Assembly: GCA_030295235.1 (NCBI GenBank)
Contig: AP026164.1
Span: 310,001-374,000, forward strand
Direction: 5' to 3'
Length of the DNA: 64,000 nucleotides
From: Fistulifera solaris
Taxonomy: Eukaryota
The translations under genes and the position numbers were made by a program. This document shows positions 11,945 through 23,823 of this stretch, piece by piece; positions within the stretch are counted from its first letter, which is position 1; each line of letters opens with the position of its first letter. The notes beneath the pieces were generated by a model, which had not been told where the DNA came from, searched no databases, and saw only the letters and a list, made by a program, of their open reading frames with translations.

Positions 11945-12564
11945 ATGAAAGCTAAAGATTTGAAAGTTCTTCGCAAAAGTTCCTTCGGGTCGATCGCATT
12001 GGCAGTCCTCTCGACGACTCGATAGTAGCGGCTCAATTGAACGACATTCTCAGCGGCCCATGGAAACTCAAATACTTTGCGGGACCCTCGGCACCATCTG
12101 ATAGTTTGATCGATCTGTTTGAGCGTAATATGGGAGATTTTTATCGCAAGAGTTCCTGGGGACTCGATTTAGTACAGAAAGCGGAGGATCTAGCGCACCG
12201 AAGAGCACGGCATTTGGTTGTGTATGACGACAATGAGCACATGGCAGCCTATTGTCACTATCAATACGACTACGATGACGAGGAAAATCCTGAACGCGTG
12301 GTCTTTTACGTTTACGAGCTGCAAATTGAAGAAAAATATCAGCGCATGGGTCTGGGGACCAAACTCATGAAATGTATGGAGTATCTGGCTCAGTCAGCCG
12401 ATCTCGATTCGATCTTGCTGACTGTTTTCTTTGAAAATACGTCGGCCATGGCATTTTATCAGAATTTGGGCTACGAAGTTGACATTTCCAGTCCAAGCGT
12501 GTTCAATCAACGAAAGGATTATGAGATTTTGTTCAAAAGGTCGATGCCTTATGATTTTGGCTAG
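11945..12564 (+). CDS. NAA40: N-alpha-acetyltransferase 40 (NatD, GNAT fold); frameshift near 12005
   Basis: LFERNMGDFYRKSSWG, VFYVYELQI..YQRMGLG..LM, ILLTVF..N..A..FY..LGY.VD.SSP and DYEIL are typical of NAA40/Nat4. Confidence 0.85.
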
Positions 12565-12844
12565 CTAATAAAAAAATGCAACGATGCTGTTTATCATGAC
12601 ATTGTGGAGCTCTTTCTGTTTGTATCTTGGGCAACTCGCTCCAGCGACGGTCATCCTCTTTCAGCAAGTGCTCTTGTTTCTTCCGCATAGTTCAAGCATG
12701 GAGTCATACTAAGCATCATGCGCAATGAATGGGTCGATTACTTGGATTACGGGGAATATGCTGTCAGTAATGCGGTTGCTTCAATGCGGCAGGACGCCAC
12801 CGCGACTTTATTTCCATCGGAGTAGGAGTGCAGGTTGGTACAAG

Positions 12845-13165
12845 GCAGAAATTCTGGAGAAGGTGTATTTCATCATACAAAAATTCTGTGCAAGTCCCAA
12901 AAAACTTTGGAGACCGTTTATTTCAACTTACAGAAATTCTGTGACCTTTCCAGAAATTCAGAACACAATGTATTTCATCTTACAGAAATTCTGAACTCAT
13001 AAGATTCGATCATACAGAAATTCTGTGTACTTTCAAGAATTCTGGACACGGGGTATTTCTTCTTACAGAAATTCTGTGAACATACCAGAAATTCAGGACA
13101 CGGTGTTTTTTATCATTCAGAAATTCTCTGTACCGTCCTTACTTTGTATTCCAAGAATTCTGCAG
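12845..13165. repeat. Degenerate tandem array of the palindrome CAGAAATTCTG (about 11 copies; higher-order unit about 52 bp)
   Basis: CAGAAATTCTG or variants at about 12845, 12878, 12931, 12951, 12983, 13015, 13035, 13066, 13086, 13118 and 13153, interleaved with GTGTATTTCATC(T/A)TA-like spacers. Confidence 0.85.
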
Positions 13166-13403
13166 ACGGTGTGGCATTTCAGTCATGAATGAATGAATCA
13201 TCGTCTTTCCCGGATTTTTGGCGGTAAAGGGTTAGAGTTAAAGACAGATCCGCGTTGGGGCCGAAGAGATGCTGAAAGTCGCCGATGCGATGATGATCCA
13301 TTCATTCATTTGAAACTTTACAACCAGAAAAAAGAATCTACGTGTCTTTTCATCTTTTTGTCAAAGCAGCTCCGACTTGCTTTTTACAGAGAAGTGCAAA
13401 ATT

Positions 13404-13643
13404 ATGACGAAGTACGAAAACTACGATTGGAACGAGCTCCCTGGTGACGTGAAGAAAGCGGCTGAACAGCTTGGTTACGACAAACGAAAATGGGATAAGA
13501 GTATCAAAGTCCCGGCAGATGACAAAGATTGGAAGAATCTTACTGCAAACGAACAAGAGGCGGCATTGAAATTGGGCTATACACAGAAAACGTGGGACGA
13601 GGGTAGTGACGACGAAAGCGAGAGCGATAGTGAGAGCGAATGA
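13404..13643 (+). CDS. Small Trp-repeat protein (2x WxxLxxxxxxAAxxLGYxxxxWD), paralog 1
   Basis: MTKYENYDWNELPGDVKKAAEQLGYDKRKWD...WKNLTANEQEAALKLGYTQKTWDE followed by an acidic tail. Confidence 0.8.
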   Translation: MTKYENYDWNELPGDVKKAAEQLGYDKRKWDKSIKVPADDKDWKNLTANEQEAALKLGYTQKTWDEGSDDESESDSESE

Positions 13644-14094
13644 TCGTTAGGCTTGATTTCCACATTTCGAGTTCATGGGAAGTAGATGAAAGAAAGACTT
13701 TCGTAGACAGGATAGACTCATTTACTAATTAAGCAAATCCCCCACTAGAAATGGACAAAAATTTCGGCTTCAGCATACCTTCGGTACAAATCAGTTTATC
13801 ATCTCATTTCTGTTTGATGTTCCATCTCTTCAATGGGGCGCTTCTTGTTGTTGCAGCTAAGAAACCATTAAAGGCCAGCTGAAAGCCGAGGCATAGTTCC
13901 GACAAGATTGTTACTAATGCTTGATGTCGCGATTCAGCGTTTACTATAGGCATCAAGTGAAAGCGACCTTATTTCACGACTGCATTTCAGTCACGAGACA
14001 CAAAATTTTGCCAATAACGCAGGACGCATTGCGCAACGCGACTCCTTGTTCATTGAATTCACCTTGCGCAATAACAGCAGAAAGCATTTTTAAA

Positions 14095-14410
14095 ATGACA
14101 AAATACAACGATTGCACTTGGAAAGACCTCCCTGAAGACGCGAAGAAAGCGGCAAAGGTACTCGGCTACAAGAAGAAAACGTGGGACGAAGATTTGGAGG
14201 TGGCTGTCGACGATAAAGAATGGTAAGTTGTGAAAGTGGATCAAAGGGCGAAATACTTCCCAGTCTAAATATTCCACGATGAACAATTCATTGACTCGCA
14301 GGGATGAATTGACCGATGAGCAACAGGAGGCCGCAAAGGTCCTAGGATATACAGAGGAATCTTGGAATGCAGATGACTCGGACTCGGAGGGATGCTGTGG
14401 CTGCTTTTAA
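14095..14410 (+). CDS. Small Trp-repeat protein, paralog 2; 2 exons, ends CCGCF
   Basis: Intron 14223-14301 (GT..AG) splices to MTKYNDCTWKDLPEDAKKAAKVLGYKKKTWD...WDELTDEQQEAAKVLGYTEESWNADDSDSEGCCGCF*. Confidence 0.85.
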
Positions 14411-15114
14411 CCTCTTTATCGACAAAAATTCCATCCATCAGTCATATTGTAGATGACCAAGTCGAAATTGCCGCAAGTTAACTTACGAGCCGTTGTGCTA
14501 TCGCTCAGATAGGGAAGAAGACTGCCAGATATAGTTAATGATGTTTGACTCTAACCCAGTTGATTTCGCTGCTTTCTCTATTGAGAGTTGACGATAGGTA
14601 TTAACCATGTGGGTGCTTTGAATAGTCATGAATAGCTGATTGCGGCTTTGTTTCCAAATAGCAGCAATAATCGATTGTACCGACAGAAGCGGCATGGCTG
14701 ATGAATAGTGCAGTTGTATTATCTTGTATCTTTACATATTAGCCTATCGGTCAAAAGCCAGCAATATTTGTTGATCGTCCACCAGTTTTTTGTTTTTGCT
14801 TTCTTGGTCGTTTTCCCAAATCTAGAAGCTCCAAAACTATGGTGATAAGGTTTCCATAGGTTACGTAGTTTCATAATATTGCCAACGGCAATAACGCTTC
14901 TAACTATTTAGTACCAAAAAGTACAATCTAATTGATAGTAACGCGCGAAAATAACGGTCTAACACTTTTTGATTTTATTCTGCTTTTTGTTTTCCTCTTT
15001 GACAATTGCGATCAATAAGGCGACATATGGTGCTTGTATTGTAATTGCTCTTACTGTCAGATGCACCGCTAACTCGGGTATTACACATTCTTGATTGTTT
15101 AGCAAGCGTTCAGT

Positions 15115-16131
15115 ATGATATCCAGCAGCTGCCCATACACGCAGGACTTTTTCGCCGCCCGATGTACTTCGTCGGTCTCTGCAAAGACAGATGACCCAGC
15201 TAGAACGGCATTCGATGAATCGTTAGATGATACATATGCTTTTCCAAGGCCCTCTATCCCACATGCGACACAAAGAAAGCAACGGTCAGCACTCTCTGCT
15301 TCTCCTTTTCCTTTAAAAATTGGAGAGTTTCTCGATAAAACATTCGACGAATATGTTGCTCGTAATTTGCACAAGAATTCCGTTCATACACCAAGCACGG
15401 TGGAAGAAACAGTATCGTCTCATGTCTCTCTGTCTATTACCTCATTTCCCGAGTCAGACGAGCTTCTTTCACGAGATTTTCCATACTCCAGAGATGAATT
15501 TAGTGAGATTGGCAAATATGATGCGGTCGACCGTGCTCACCAATACAAAAAGGAGCTGCTGCAAAAGCCTTCATCGCCTTTGGTCTTAACAAATTTGGGA
15601 CTTGCGTTGATGAGGATTGGAGATTTTTCTTCTGCCGTGGGTGCATTGGCGGAGGCGGCACAGTTTTGGCGAAAGCGACGGAAACCTGTCGCACTCGCGC
15701 GCGTCCTAGATCGACAAGGTGCCTGTTTGACTGCTTTAACGATATTCGAGGTGGCGCTGGAATGCTTTAGCGAGGCGTTTTCACTTCGTTACAATCACCT
15801 GGGACCGTGGCACATAGATACGATTGACTCTCTCAAGTCGATGGGGAATGCGTACTTCGCGTTGGGATGCGCCTCCGAAGCGCGCAAATACCTATTGGAA
15901 GCATTCAAAATACAAAAAACAATCTTTCAAACTTATCATCTTTCTGTTGCGGTATCAGCCCATGATTTGGCAAATGTGATGACAGCGGCTGGGTTAATCG
16001 ATGAGGCGAAAAAGTTCTTTGGAATCGCCTGGAATGTTTATTCTCGCCTCAAAATCCCGCCCACAAATGCAGCCGTCGACCAACTTTTAAAAGATATTGA
16101 TCATCTCACGAGTCGTGTTCGAATGAAGTGA
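15115..16131 (+). CDS. Tetratricopeptide-repeat protein (kinesin-light-chain-type TPRs)
   Basis: Repeats such as LTNLGLAL..GD...A...L..A, LGPWHIDTIDSLKSMGNAY and HLSVAVSAHDLANV. Confidence 0.8.
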   Translation: MISSSCPYTQDFFAARCTSSVSAKTDDPARTAFDESLDDTYAFPRPSIPHATQRKQRSALSASPFPLKIGEFLDKTFDEYVARNLHKNSVHTPSTVEETVSSHVSLSITSFPESDELLSRDFPYSRDEFSEIGKYDAVDRAHQYKKELLQKPSSPLVLTNLGLALMRIGDFSSAVGALAEAAQFWRKRRKPVALARVLDRQGACLTALTIFEVALECFSEAFSLRYNHLGPWHIDTIDSLKSMGNAYFALGCASEARKYLLEAFKIQKTIFQTYHLSVAVSAHDLANVMTAAGLIDEAKKFFGIAWNVYSRLKIPPTNAAVDQLLKDIDHLTSRVRMK

Positions 16132-17161
16132 CCTCTATGCCCGGGTGCTTGCTAGGTAGGTCATACCATTTTCCGATTAAGATAATTGTGCCGTGCCTTT
16201 CGGTCTAGTCGTAATAGCACGGACGCACCTGTGTTGTGGTTCAGACTTAGCTATAGCTAAATTAAGGAACAAGACGACGTCTAAACTTCCCCTCCCGCTT
16301 CAAGACGGGGAATCATTCTTCACTGAGTTGCATCAATGCTCAATGCGGGCCTAGACGCGAGCATCCTTGCGTAGCTATTCCGTGGTGCGTGCGTGGCGAG
16401 GAGGTACAAAGCATGTACCGTTTGTTCTTATTGAAGCGAATACAAAAGAACAACTCGAAAAGCCAAGGAACAATCGATCCAGCTATACTTTTCATCAAGA
16501 AGAACCCAGCGGGTGCGGCGGAGTTCCTTCGGTACTAAAAACTGTATAGTAAACGGCGCAAATCGCAAGGTATTTTCTCCCCCTCTTGGTATCTCCGTGT
16601 ATGAGTAGCTTTCATCGACCCTTTCCTGCGAAACGAAGCGTAATGAAGCACAGCGAAGCATAAGGAAGCCTTTGAGAGCAATAAACAATCCAGCGAATCA
16701 TTGAATGGGGGCTGTGCATCTTATTTTCATAGGGAAATTGAGGCGGTGGCGATGTTTGCTGAAAACAGTGATCAGCGCGGTGCACGGTGTGGCAATCACG
16801 ATGGTTGGAGTTTTCGTACACTTTACGCTACTGTAGATCACGGAAGAATGGGGATTATCTGTTATCTTGTGAAAATAATCGAATCTTTTTTTGTCAGTTC
16901 GCATCACTCGTTCACAATCAGTCAGCCAATCTCTCATAAAACCCAAGCAAACAAACTTATGATCTCATACGGTCGACACGTTGCAAGTCGCGTAGCTAAT
17001 TCCTCATTGCTTTCTCAAACAAACACAACCTGGACCAGGTAAGTCTCACAGGTAGGGACTCGGAGCTCGCACCAGCTCGATGGTTGTCGTCGATAAGCGG
17101 AACATCTGTGGTTATTGATTCCTTGTCAACTTTCTAACTATTTGACATATGCACCAGAACC

Positions 17162-17500
17162 ATGCATTCCATGACAGAAGGAGTCAACTTTGACACGATC
17201 GCTCGTGAATGGCGTTGCAAATGGAGCTCGGACAACGACAAAAAATCGCTCCAGGAAGCTCAAAAGACTTTGGAATCAGTTCTAGCCGATGTCAAGCAGA
17301 TCGATGGCGTCAAGGGAGTTCAGCGGATTGTCTGCGGAGGCTGCCTTGATTTCAAAGTGATCATTTCGCTTTCGGCGGACAAGTTTGAAGCCTGGCAGGG
17401 CGTCAACTACGCACCGGAAGAGACCTTCCTCGAGAAGCTCAAGGCGATTGATGGCATCAGTACGGTGGAAACACAAAACTATACCATCGCAACGTTGTAA
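17162..17500 (+). CDS. Conserved small algal hypothetical protein (DTIAREWRCKW...RIVCGGCLDFKV); probable 5'-UTR intron 17039-17157
   Basis: Clean 112-aa ORF with strong codon bias and a CxxC motif. Upstream donor AG|GTAAGT and acceptor CAG lie just before the ATG. Confidence 0.75.
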   Translation: MHSMTEGVNFDTIAREWRCKWSSDNDKKSLQEAQKTLESVLADVKQIDGVKGVQRIVCGGCLDFKVIISLSADKFEAWQGVNYAPEETFLEKLKAIDGISTVETQNYTIATL

Positions 17501-17578
17501 AAGTGGTATTTCAACGTTGAGTGGAGAAAAAGTAGGATGATTAGATTTGTATGCGCAATTAAACAGCGTACTAAAACT

Positions 17579-18534
17579 TCATTTGCAATAGTAGGAGGAT
17601 TCTTCATCTTTGGCAACGTGCGCTTCTTGAACCATTGTCTCGTGCAAGTAATTTGATTCATTTACCACGAGAGCTTCCCACGAAGACTTACCACTGGCAG
17701 GTCGATGTTTGTAGACACTGTAGCAACAAAGGTCGAGGGACCATGAGCGTGCCATGGGTTCCCTGTCAGTTCCTCGTATAGATGAGTCACTGGTCCTCCA
17801 TGAGAGACCAACAGAATCGTTTTCCCCGGTTCCATCACTTCTTCTACTGCGTGCAACATTCGTTTCCGTTGATCTTCACTGGATTCCAAATTTCTCGGAA
17901 AGAATGTGTAAGGATTTCTTACGAACGTTTTGGATTCGTACACTTCATCAATATGCTCCACGAGCCTTGTATCTTCTTTGCTGATCAGATGTTTCCATTG
18001 GAGCAGCTCCTTCACGGGCACTTTTGCCGATGGGTGCAGTGTGTCGGGATGGATGACATGCGTGGCCCGAGTTACGCCATCAGGTCGATAGCCCCAGGTC
18101 CCATCGGACCCCGGTATCGCCCATGATAAGTACCATGATTCATTGAAACTTTCCGCCAAACCTGGTTCTACCTTTATTTTAATCTTCGGTTCACATCCTG
18201 CGGAGAACAACCCTTGGGACGCCGCCACTGCCGTTTGACGAGTGCGCAGAAACGGTGAGGCGTAAATTTCTGTCACCGGAGGTATTCCCAAACGTTTTGT
18301 TTCTATAGCCAGCTGGATGCCCAACTTGAATCCCTGTTGTTCCCCATGTGATGTTAACGGCGTGTCGAAGGGTCGTTCGGCCGTTTCCACCCAATTTCCT
18401 CCGTTGTCGCGCGTCACGTAATCTAACCTTTCGCCGTGGCGAGCGACAATGACAATAGATGATTCTGGACTTGCTTTTGCTGGACTGGAATTGGACATGG
18501 AGGAAGCTAATCTAGTAAGATACGTTCGTCTCAT
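17579..18534 (-). CDS. Histidine phosphatase (phosphoglycerate mutase) family protein; frameshift near 17730
   Basis: Motifs VARHGERLD, D.PLT..G..Q, SPFLRTRQTA and LVSHGGP. A 1-bp correction continues the frame as CCYSVY...WEALVVNES to a stop at 17579. Confidence 0.88.
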
Positions 18535-18893
18535 AGTTCAGAGGGGAGATTGAATGAAGTAGACACACATGCTAAACATTCGAATTACAAGTACAAGTAG
18601 TAAAAGATGACATGCATCATATTATTGTAGTCGTCATCGGCAAGATAATGCATTTCGCGCAATAAGGTGCGCGATAAAAAAGTGCACACAAATAATAATG
18701 GAAACACACCCATCTTCGCGCAGAAGACGCGCGACAACGTGGTCTGTCTGTCTATACTGTTTTGTGGTTGCTATTGGTTGTTGGAGGAGGAGTTATTCCT
18801 TAGGCTCGCACTGACCAAGTTACCAGTAACAACTTGCTTGCTTGTTGAGTTTATGTGCTTGAAGATTGACTCGTTGGAAGCGACTCGGCGAAT

Positions 18894-21800
18894 ATGGACG
18901 TAGAGCAGCTACATATTGTGTTGCAGCAATCGTTTTCGGCCGACGCGGCGTTGCGAAAGCCAGCCGAAGAGACCATTCGGAACCTCAAGAATCTGCCTGC
19001 TGCGGTTCAACTACTATTGCAAGTGGCAGCGGAAAAACAAGTAAGTGAGAAGATGAAGCTGTTTCGAGATCTGAAAAGGAATTACTTTGCTGTTTTGTGG
19101 CGACATTCGCCCGTCACGCGGTCTTTCTCGCACGCACCTCTGTCGCTGGTAATCATTTTATTGACATGTGTCACACACTGACACTTTGTTTGCCCTTTAG
19201 GTACGCTTCGAGGTTCGACAAGCGGCCGCAATTCAACTCAAGAACATTTGTCGAGAGTGCTGGGCACAGCGTACACACTACGCTCCTTACGAGGATGTCC
19301 CGACGAAGCAAGCTATCCTATCGGATGCCGACAAGGAAGCCGCAAAAACCGGATTAATTAATGCCCTACTGGACGAGCCTGAGAAATCGGTTCGCGGACT
19401 CTTTGCCGAAACGCTTCATACTGCTGTGATTCATGAATTTCCCGACAACTGGCCTCAGTTAGTTCCGCAACTCCTTACGACTATTCAGACGGGTGTGGCA
19501 GACTTGGAAAAAATGGTCTTCGTGTTCACAATGCTTTGTTGGCTCTTCGAAAGGTTTGCAAACGTTATGAATTTAAGCCACGAGATCAACGTGGTCCTTT
19601 GAATCAAATAGTGTCGGCGTCATTTCCATTGCTACTCCCACTGGCTCAGCAGCTATCGAACGAAAATCAGCATTCGCTCGAGGCGGCTTTAATGCTCAAA
19701 CAAATACTCAAAATCTTCTGGTCTTCGACACAGTTCTTTCTACCAGGAACCAGCACAGAAACAAATAACGGTGTCATTATTACGTATGCTGTCAGCTTAG
19801 CGAATCCAGAGAATATTCAACCATGGTTTGATATACTGACAAAAGCCTTGAAAAAACCACTTCCCGAAGATAGTACTGGCCAAGAACCGAGAGGTCAACC
19901 TTTAGATATTGATGGTCGAAATGCATGGCCGTGGTGGAAAGTGAAGAAGTGGGCGGTCCAGATTATGAGTCGCTGGTTCAGTCGGTACGGTATTCCGGCT
20001 CATGCTCCCGATGATGAGCCAGAAGCACAACAATTCGCCGCTTATTTCAGCAATGATGTTGCTCCGCAGTTCATGGGGCCGGTGTTTGATACTCTGAATT
20101 TACGGCCAACTGGGCAGTTTTGTACAGATCGCGTGTTGCATCTCTGTCTGACCTTTGTGGATCTTGCTGTGGAGCTCGCCAGCACGTACAAACTTCTCAA
20201 ACCTCATCTGGATTTCCTCCTTTTTCAAGTCTGTTTTCCTACCATGTGTTTGAATCAAGACGATGTCGATTGTTTCGAGAATGACCCCGTCGAATTTGTC
20301 CACAAGCAGAATAGCCCTTTGGCTGACTTTTACGATCCAAGAATGTCAGCCATCACTCTGGTGACGGACCTTGTGCGGCATCGAGGACAGGATGTGACGC
20401 AAAATTTGTTAAGCAAGATGACGGAAATGCTACACCGTTACAGTGCGTCACCGCCAGAGCACCAGAATCATATCGAAAAAGATGGAGCCTTACTGACATT
20501 CGGATCGCTGGCGCGCTTGTTGATGGCAAAACCCAAGTATGCTTCAGAAATTGAAGGTCTCCTTGTGTCATCAGTCTTTCCTGACTTTAATTCCCCGGTT
20601 TCTTTTCTGCGGTTTCGTGCTTGTTGGATGATACAGCAATTTAATACGGTCAAGTTCACTGATGACGGAACCCATCTCCGTAAGCTAATTGAACTCGTGC
20701 TAAATCGTCTGAAAGATCCCGCCCTTCCTGTTCAGATAGAAGCGTCAAAAGCATTACGTTATCTGGTTGAGATGGATGGGGCTGAAAGTACGCTCCTTCC
20801 TGTGTTACCGCAGATTTTGACGGAGTATTTCCGTATCATGAACGAAATTGGAAACGACGAAGTCGTGTCAGCCTTACAAGTGCTTCTGGATCGATTTGGG
20901 GATCACATTGAACCACATGCGATCGCTCTAGTGACGCAGCTGACAAATACATTTCAACAGTACTGTACAGCTGGAGAAGACGAAGATGACGATGATGCAG
21001 CTTTGGCTGCTGCGCAATGTTTGGAATGTGTCGCGACCGTTCTGAAAGGTGTATGTTCAAACGAACATATTCTTAAATCTCTGGAGCCTGTCTTGCTACC
21101 TTTGGTTTTGAAAATACTTGGAAACGATGGAGATTTTTTAGAATATCTTGAGTGTGCATTTGATATATTGACATTTTTGACATTCTTTCAGGAAAATCTC
21201 TCCCCGGAGCTCTGGCAAGCATTTCCACTCGTGTACATCGCTTTTGATCAATGGGCTTACGACTATCTGAATATGATGGTCCCCTGTTTGTTGAGCTATA
21301 TACAAAAGGGGCCCGAAGTCTTTTAAGCGGCGGATTTCAGCTAGCTGAGGGACATGTATCGTACGTTGACATGGTCATTAGCATGGCGTCAAAGACGCTT
21401 GCCAATGATTCAGCCAATGAAAGCGAATGTAGATTTGCACTTAGCTTGCTTATGGGTGTGCTGAACAACTGCCACGGGCGAGTCGATCAGTATATTCCTT
21501 TTATCAACGAAGTCGTACTCGCAAAGTTGGGGCAACAAGTAAACGAAGAGAGTGTCTTGACACGGACGTCGATTTACCAAGTGATTGGCTCGGCCTTTTA
21601 TTATCAGCCCGCATTGGAGTTGATCGAGCTAGAAAAGCGTGGAGTGACGCAGCAAGTCCTTGCAAAATGGATTTCCGATATGGCGAAAATCGATAGAGAT
21701 CTACCGCGTAAATTGACTGTCTTAGGGTTCGCCTCTATTTTGACAATAAATGTTGCTACGCTACCCCAATCGGTGACGAGCTACTTGCCGCAGATAATTC

Positions 21801-22281
21801 ACGTTGCAACGACGACGGCACTGCAAATTAAGGAAGGTGGCGCCAAGGGGGAAAACCAGTCGAATGATGGGGTAGATGATTTGAAAGGGATAGACGATGA
21901 TGGTGACGACGATGATTTGGGCGATCTCGATCAAGGTTTTGATGAAAATGAGGATGTTACAAATGAGGTTGATGAGGCGTATCGCAAGGCACTCCACCGG
22001 GTTGATGATTGGAATGAAGACATGGCCAAATTTCTTCTTGGTGATTTCATGGACGACGATGGTGAAGATATCGACGAAGATTACTCATCTCCTCTCGACA
22101 AGGTGGAAGAGCTTCTTTTATAAATGATGCCTTAAAACTTGCTTTCCAACGTGAACCTGAAGCATATCAGCAGGTTCAAGCAGCTCTACCTCCCGAATCT
22201 GTTCAAGCATGCCAAAAGCTTTTCGAATACTCAGATCAGATGCGACTGCATGCACAGCATTCCTCTCAGCAGCAGTCGTGA
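18894..22281 (+). CDS. Importin-7/8 (SAD2/NMD5/SXM1-like) karyopherin; intron 19041-19200, three frameshifts
   Basis: IBN_N start (RKPAEETI...VRQAAAIQLKN), then DFP.NWP, WWKVKKW, FENDPVEFV, FLRFRACW, LPVQIEAS.AL and an acidic C-terminus. Confidence 0.92.
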
Positions 22282-23211
22282 GCTAGTAGTCCATCTTGGT
22301 TAAAATATCCCTGGATTGGTTGATTGGACTTGACTAGTCTATGAAAGCTTTACAGAAGTAATAACTCCTCTTCTTCGTTTTGTGTTGTACCAGTAACAGT
22401 AGCTTTTTTGACGATTGATTTACCGACGACTCAACTACTTCAGTCCCGAACCATGATTGATGATTGCTTTACATTCGGAAAGGTCCATCGCTACAAATAC
22501 CATGGTATTCATCTTCGTATTCCGCGATTGTCTTTATTCCCGTGAACCCCATGAACATAGGCGATGTCTTGCTTGCTACCGCCCGCAAAAAATCTCAAGG
22601 CCATTAACAGCCTAATCTCATTTGTGATGGCTCTTTTAGGTGTTGCACCTCTTTTCTGGGAGTGACGGGCTTAAGGAGAGGCTTTTTAATAAGGTTGAAC
22701 AAGGTGAGGAAGAACTCTTCGTGCATCCGATACATTTTTCGGAATTTACCTGGTAGTAGGCCCAAATTCAGCCAAGAATTCAACGTACGACTTGCGTCGC
22801 TTTTAGTTGTAGTGATCCCTAAACGCGAGCCGTTTTTGAGCTTGATACGGAGAAGCAATCTTTTGAAACTATAAACATGGAGAGCAAGGCAGTCAGGTTC
22901 ACAAGGTGCGCAGCCAGCCAGTGCGGTGATCTGAATGACATACAGATGATAGAACCTCTGCCAAGCGCGGCGACGGGCCTTTCTTGCCAAGGCAAAAGCT
23001 GGAATACCTGGTAAACATCAGAGGATCGTGATGATCCAGGCCTAAAACTATCATTCGGCAAACGTTTTGTTGAGTTTAAACAACTTAAAAACAATTGACG
23101 ACGATATTTTGGTTTGATGCTTGTTGCAAGGGTTTAATTGTTTGCGAGAAAACGCAAAAAAACGCGTAGAATTCTTGTCCAAAGAGAGAGATGAGACAAC
23201 AAGTTTCGTAT

Positions 23212-23600
23212 CGCCCAGATTGTCTGGGAACGTGAACCCATCGCACCCCCCGATTTTCGGGGTACGTGAAAACATCAGCCGCCCAGATTTTTTGGGCACG
23301 TAAAAACATCGCACAACCAGAGTTTCTGGGAGTGCGAATCATCCCCCAGATTTTCTGGGAACGTGAACACATCGCACGCCCCGATTTTCGGGATACGTGA
23401 ACACATCACTCGCCCAGAGTTTCGGAGTACGTGAAAACATCGAACCCCCAGATTTTCTGGGAACGCGAATTCATCCACACCCAGATTTTCGGGGAATGTG
23501 AAAACATCAAACAGACCGATTTTCGGAATACGTGAAAACATTTTACCCGCCCAGATTTTTTTGGCAACGTGAAAACATTCCACGATACGTTTTCTGGGAT
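23212..23600. repeat. Tandem array of about 11-12 units of about 33 bp: CCC(A)GATTTTC(T)GGG + ACGTGAAAACATC
   Basis: Read directly from the sequence; each unit carries a hairpin CCCAGA-TTT-TCTGGG. Confidence 0.9.
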
Positions 23601-23612
23601 AGTGGAAAAAAA

Positions 23613-23704
23613 CGCACTACCAGCAAGGTGCGGGAAAAAGTGTACACTCACGTAGGCCCCCGTAGAAAAAATGTACCAAGCAGAGATGCGTTCCCGTGTC
23701 TCCC
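23613..23704 (-). repeat. About 90-bp putative transposon terminus, inverted copy at 36312-36398
   Basis: Reverse complement GGGAGACACGGGAACGCATCTCTGCTTGGTACATTTTTTCTACGGGGGCCTACGTGAGTGTACACTTTTTCCCGCACCTTGC is nearly identical to the sequence from 36312. Confidence 0.9.
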
Positions 23705-23823
23705 AGATCTTTGCCCTTCTGACAGCATTGATCACCTCTCAAGACAGATCTAATTAAAGTGTGGAACGAGCACTTAGAACTACTTTTACAAGTCGTTTTC
23801 TACGACGTTATCCGAATATCGTC

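Larger units (their letters stand above)
22480..23704 (-). mobile_element. PIF/Harbinger DNA transposon remnant: truncated transposase N-terminus, subterminal array and terminus
   Basis: Minus-strand fragments FRKMYRMHEEFFLTLFNLIK and (after a frameshift) ITNEIRLLMALRFFAGGSKQDIAYVHGV match the Harbinger/HARBI1 N-terminal HTH region. No DDE core is seen. The element ends in ...CGTGTCTCCC at 23704. Confidence 0.75.

Noticed and set aside
16200..17040. Short ORFs or an ncRNA between the TPR gene and the 17.2-kb gene
   Set aside because: No motif, codon bias or structure that I can support. Treated as intergenic or promoter sequence.
23212..23600. CRISPR-like appearance of the palindromic 33-bp array
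   Set aside because: Units are contiguous and degenerate with only 3-8 bp linkers. There are no unique spacers and no cas genes, and the context is eukaryotic.
23051..23753. Several short ORFs over the tandem array
   Set aside because: They are by-products of the repeated DNA, with no protein-like features.
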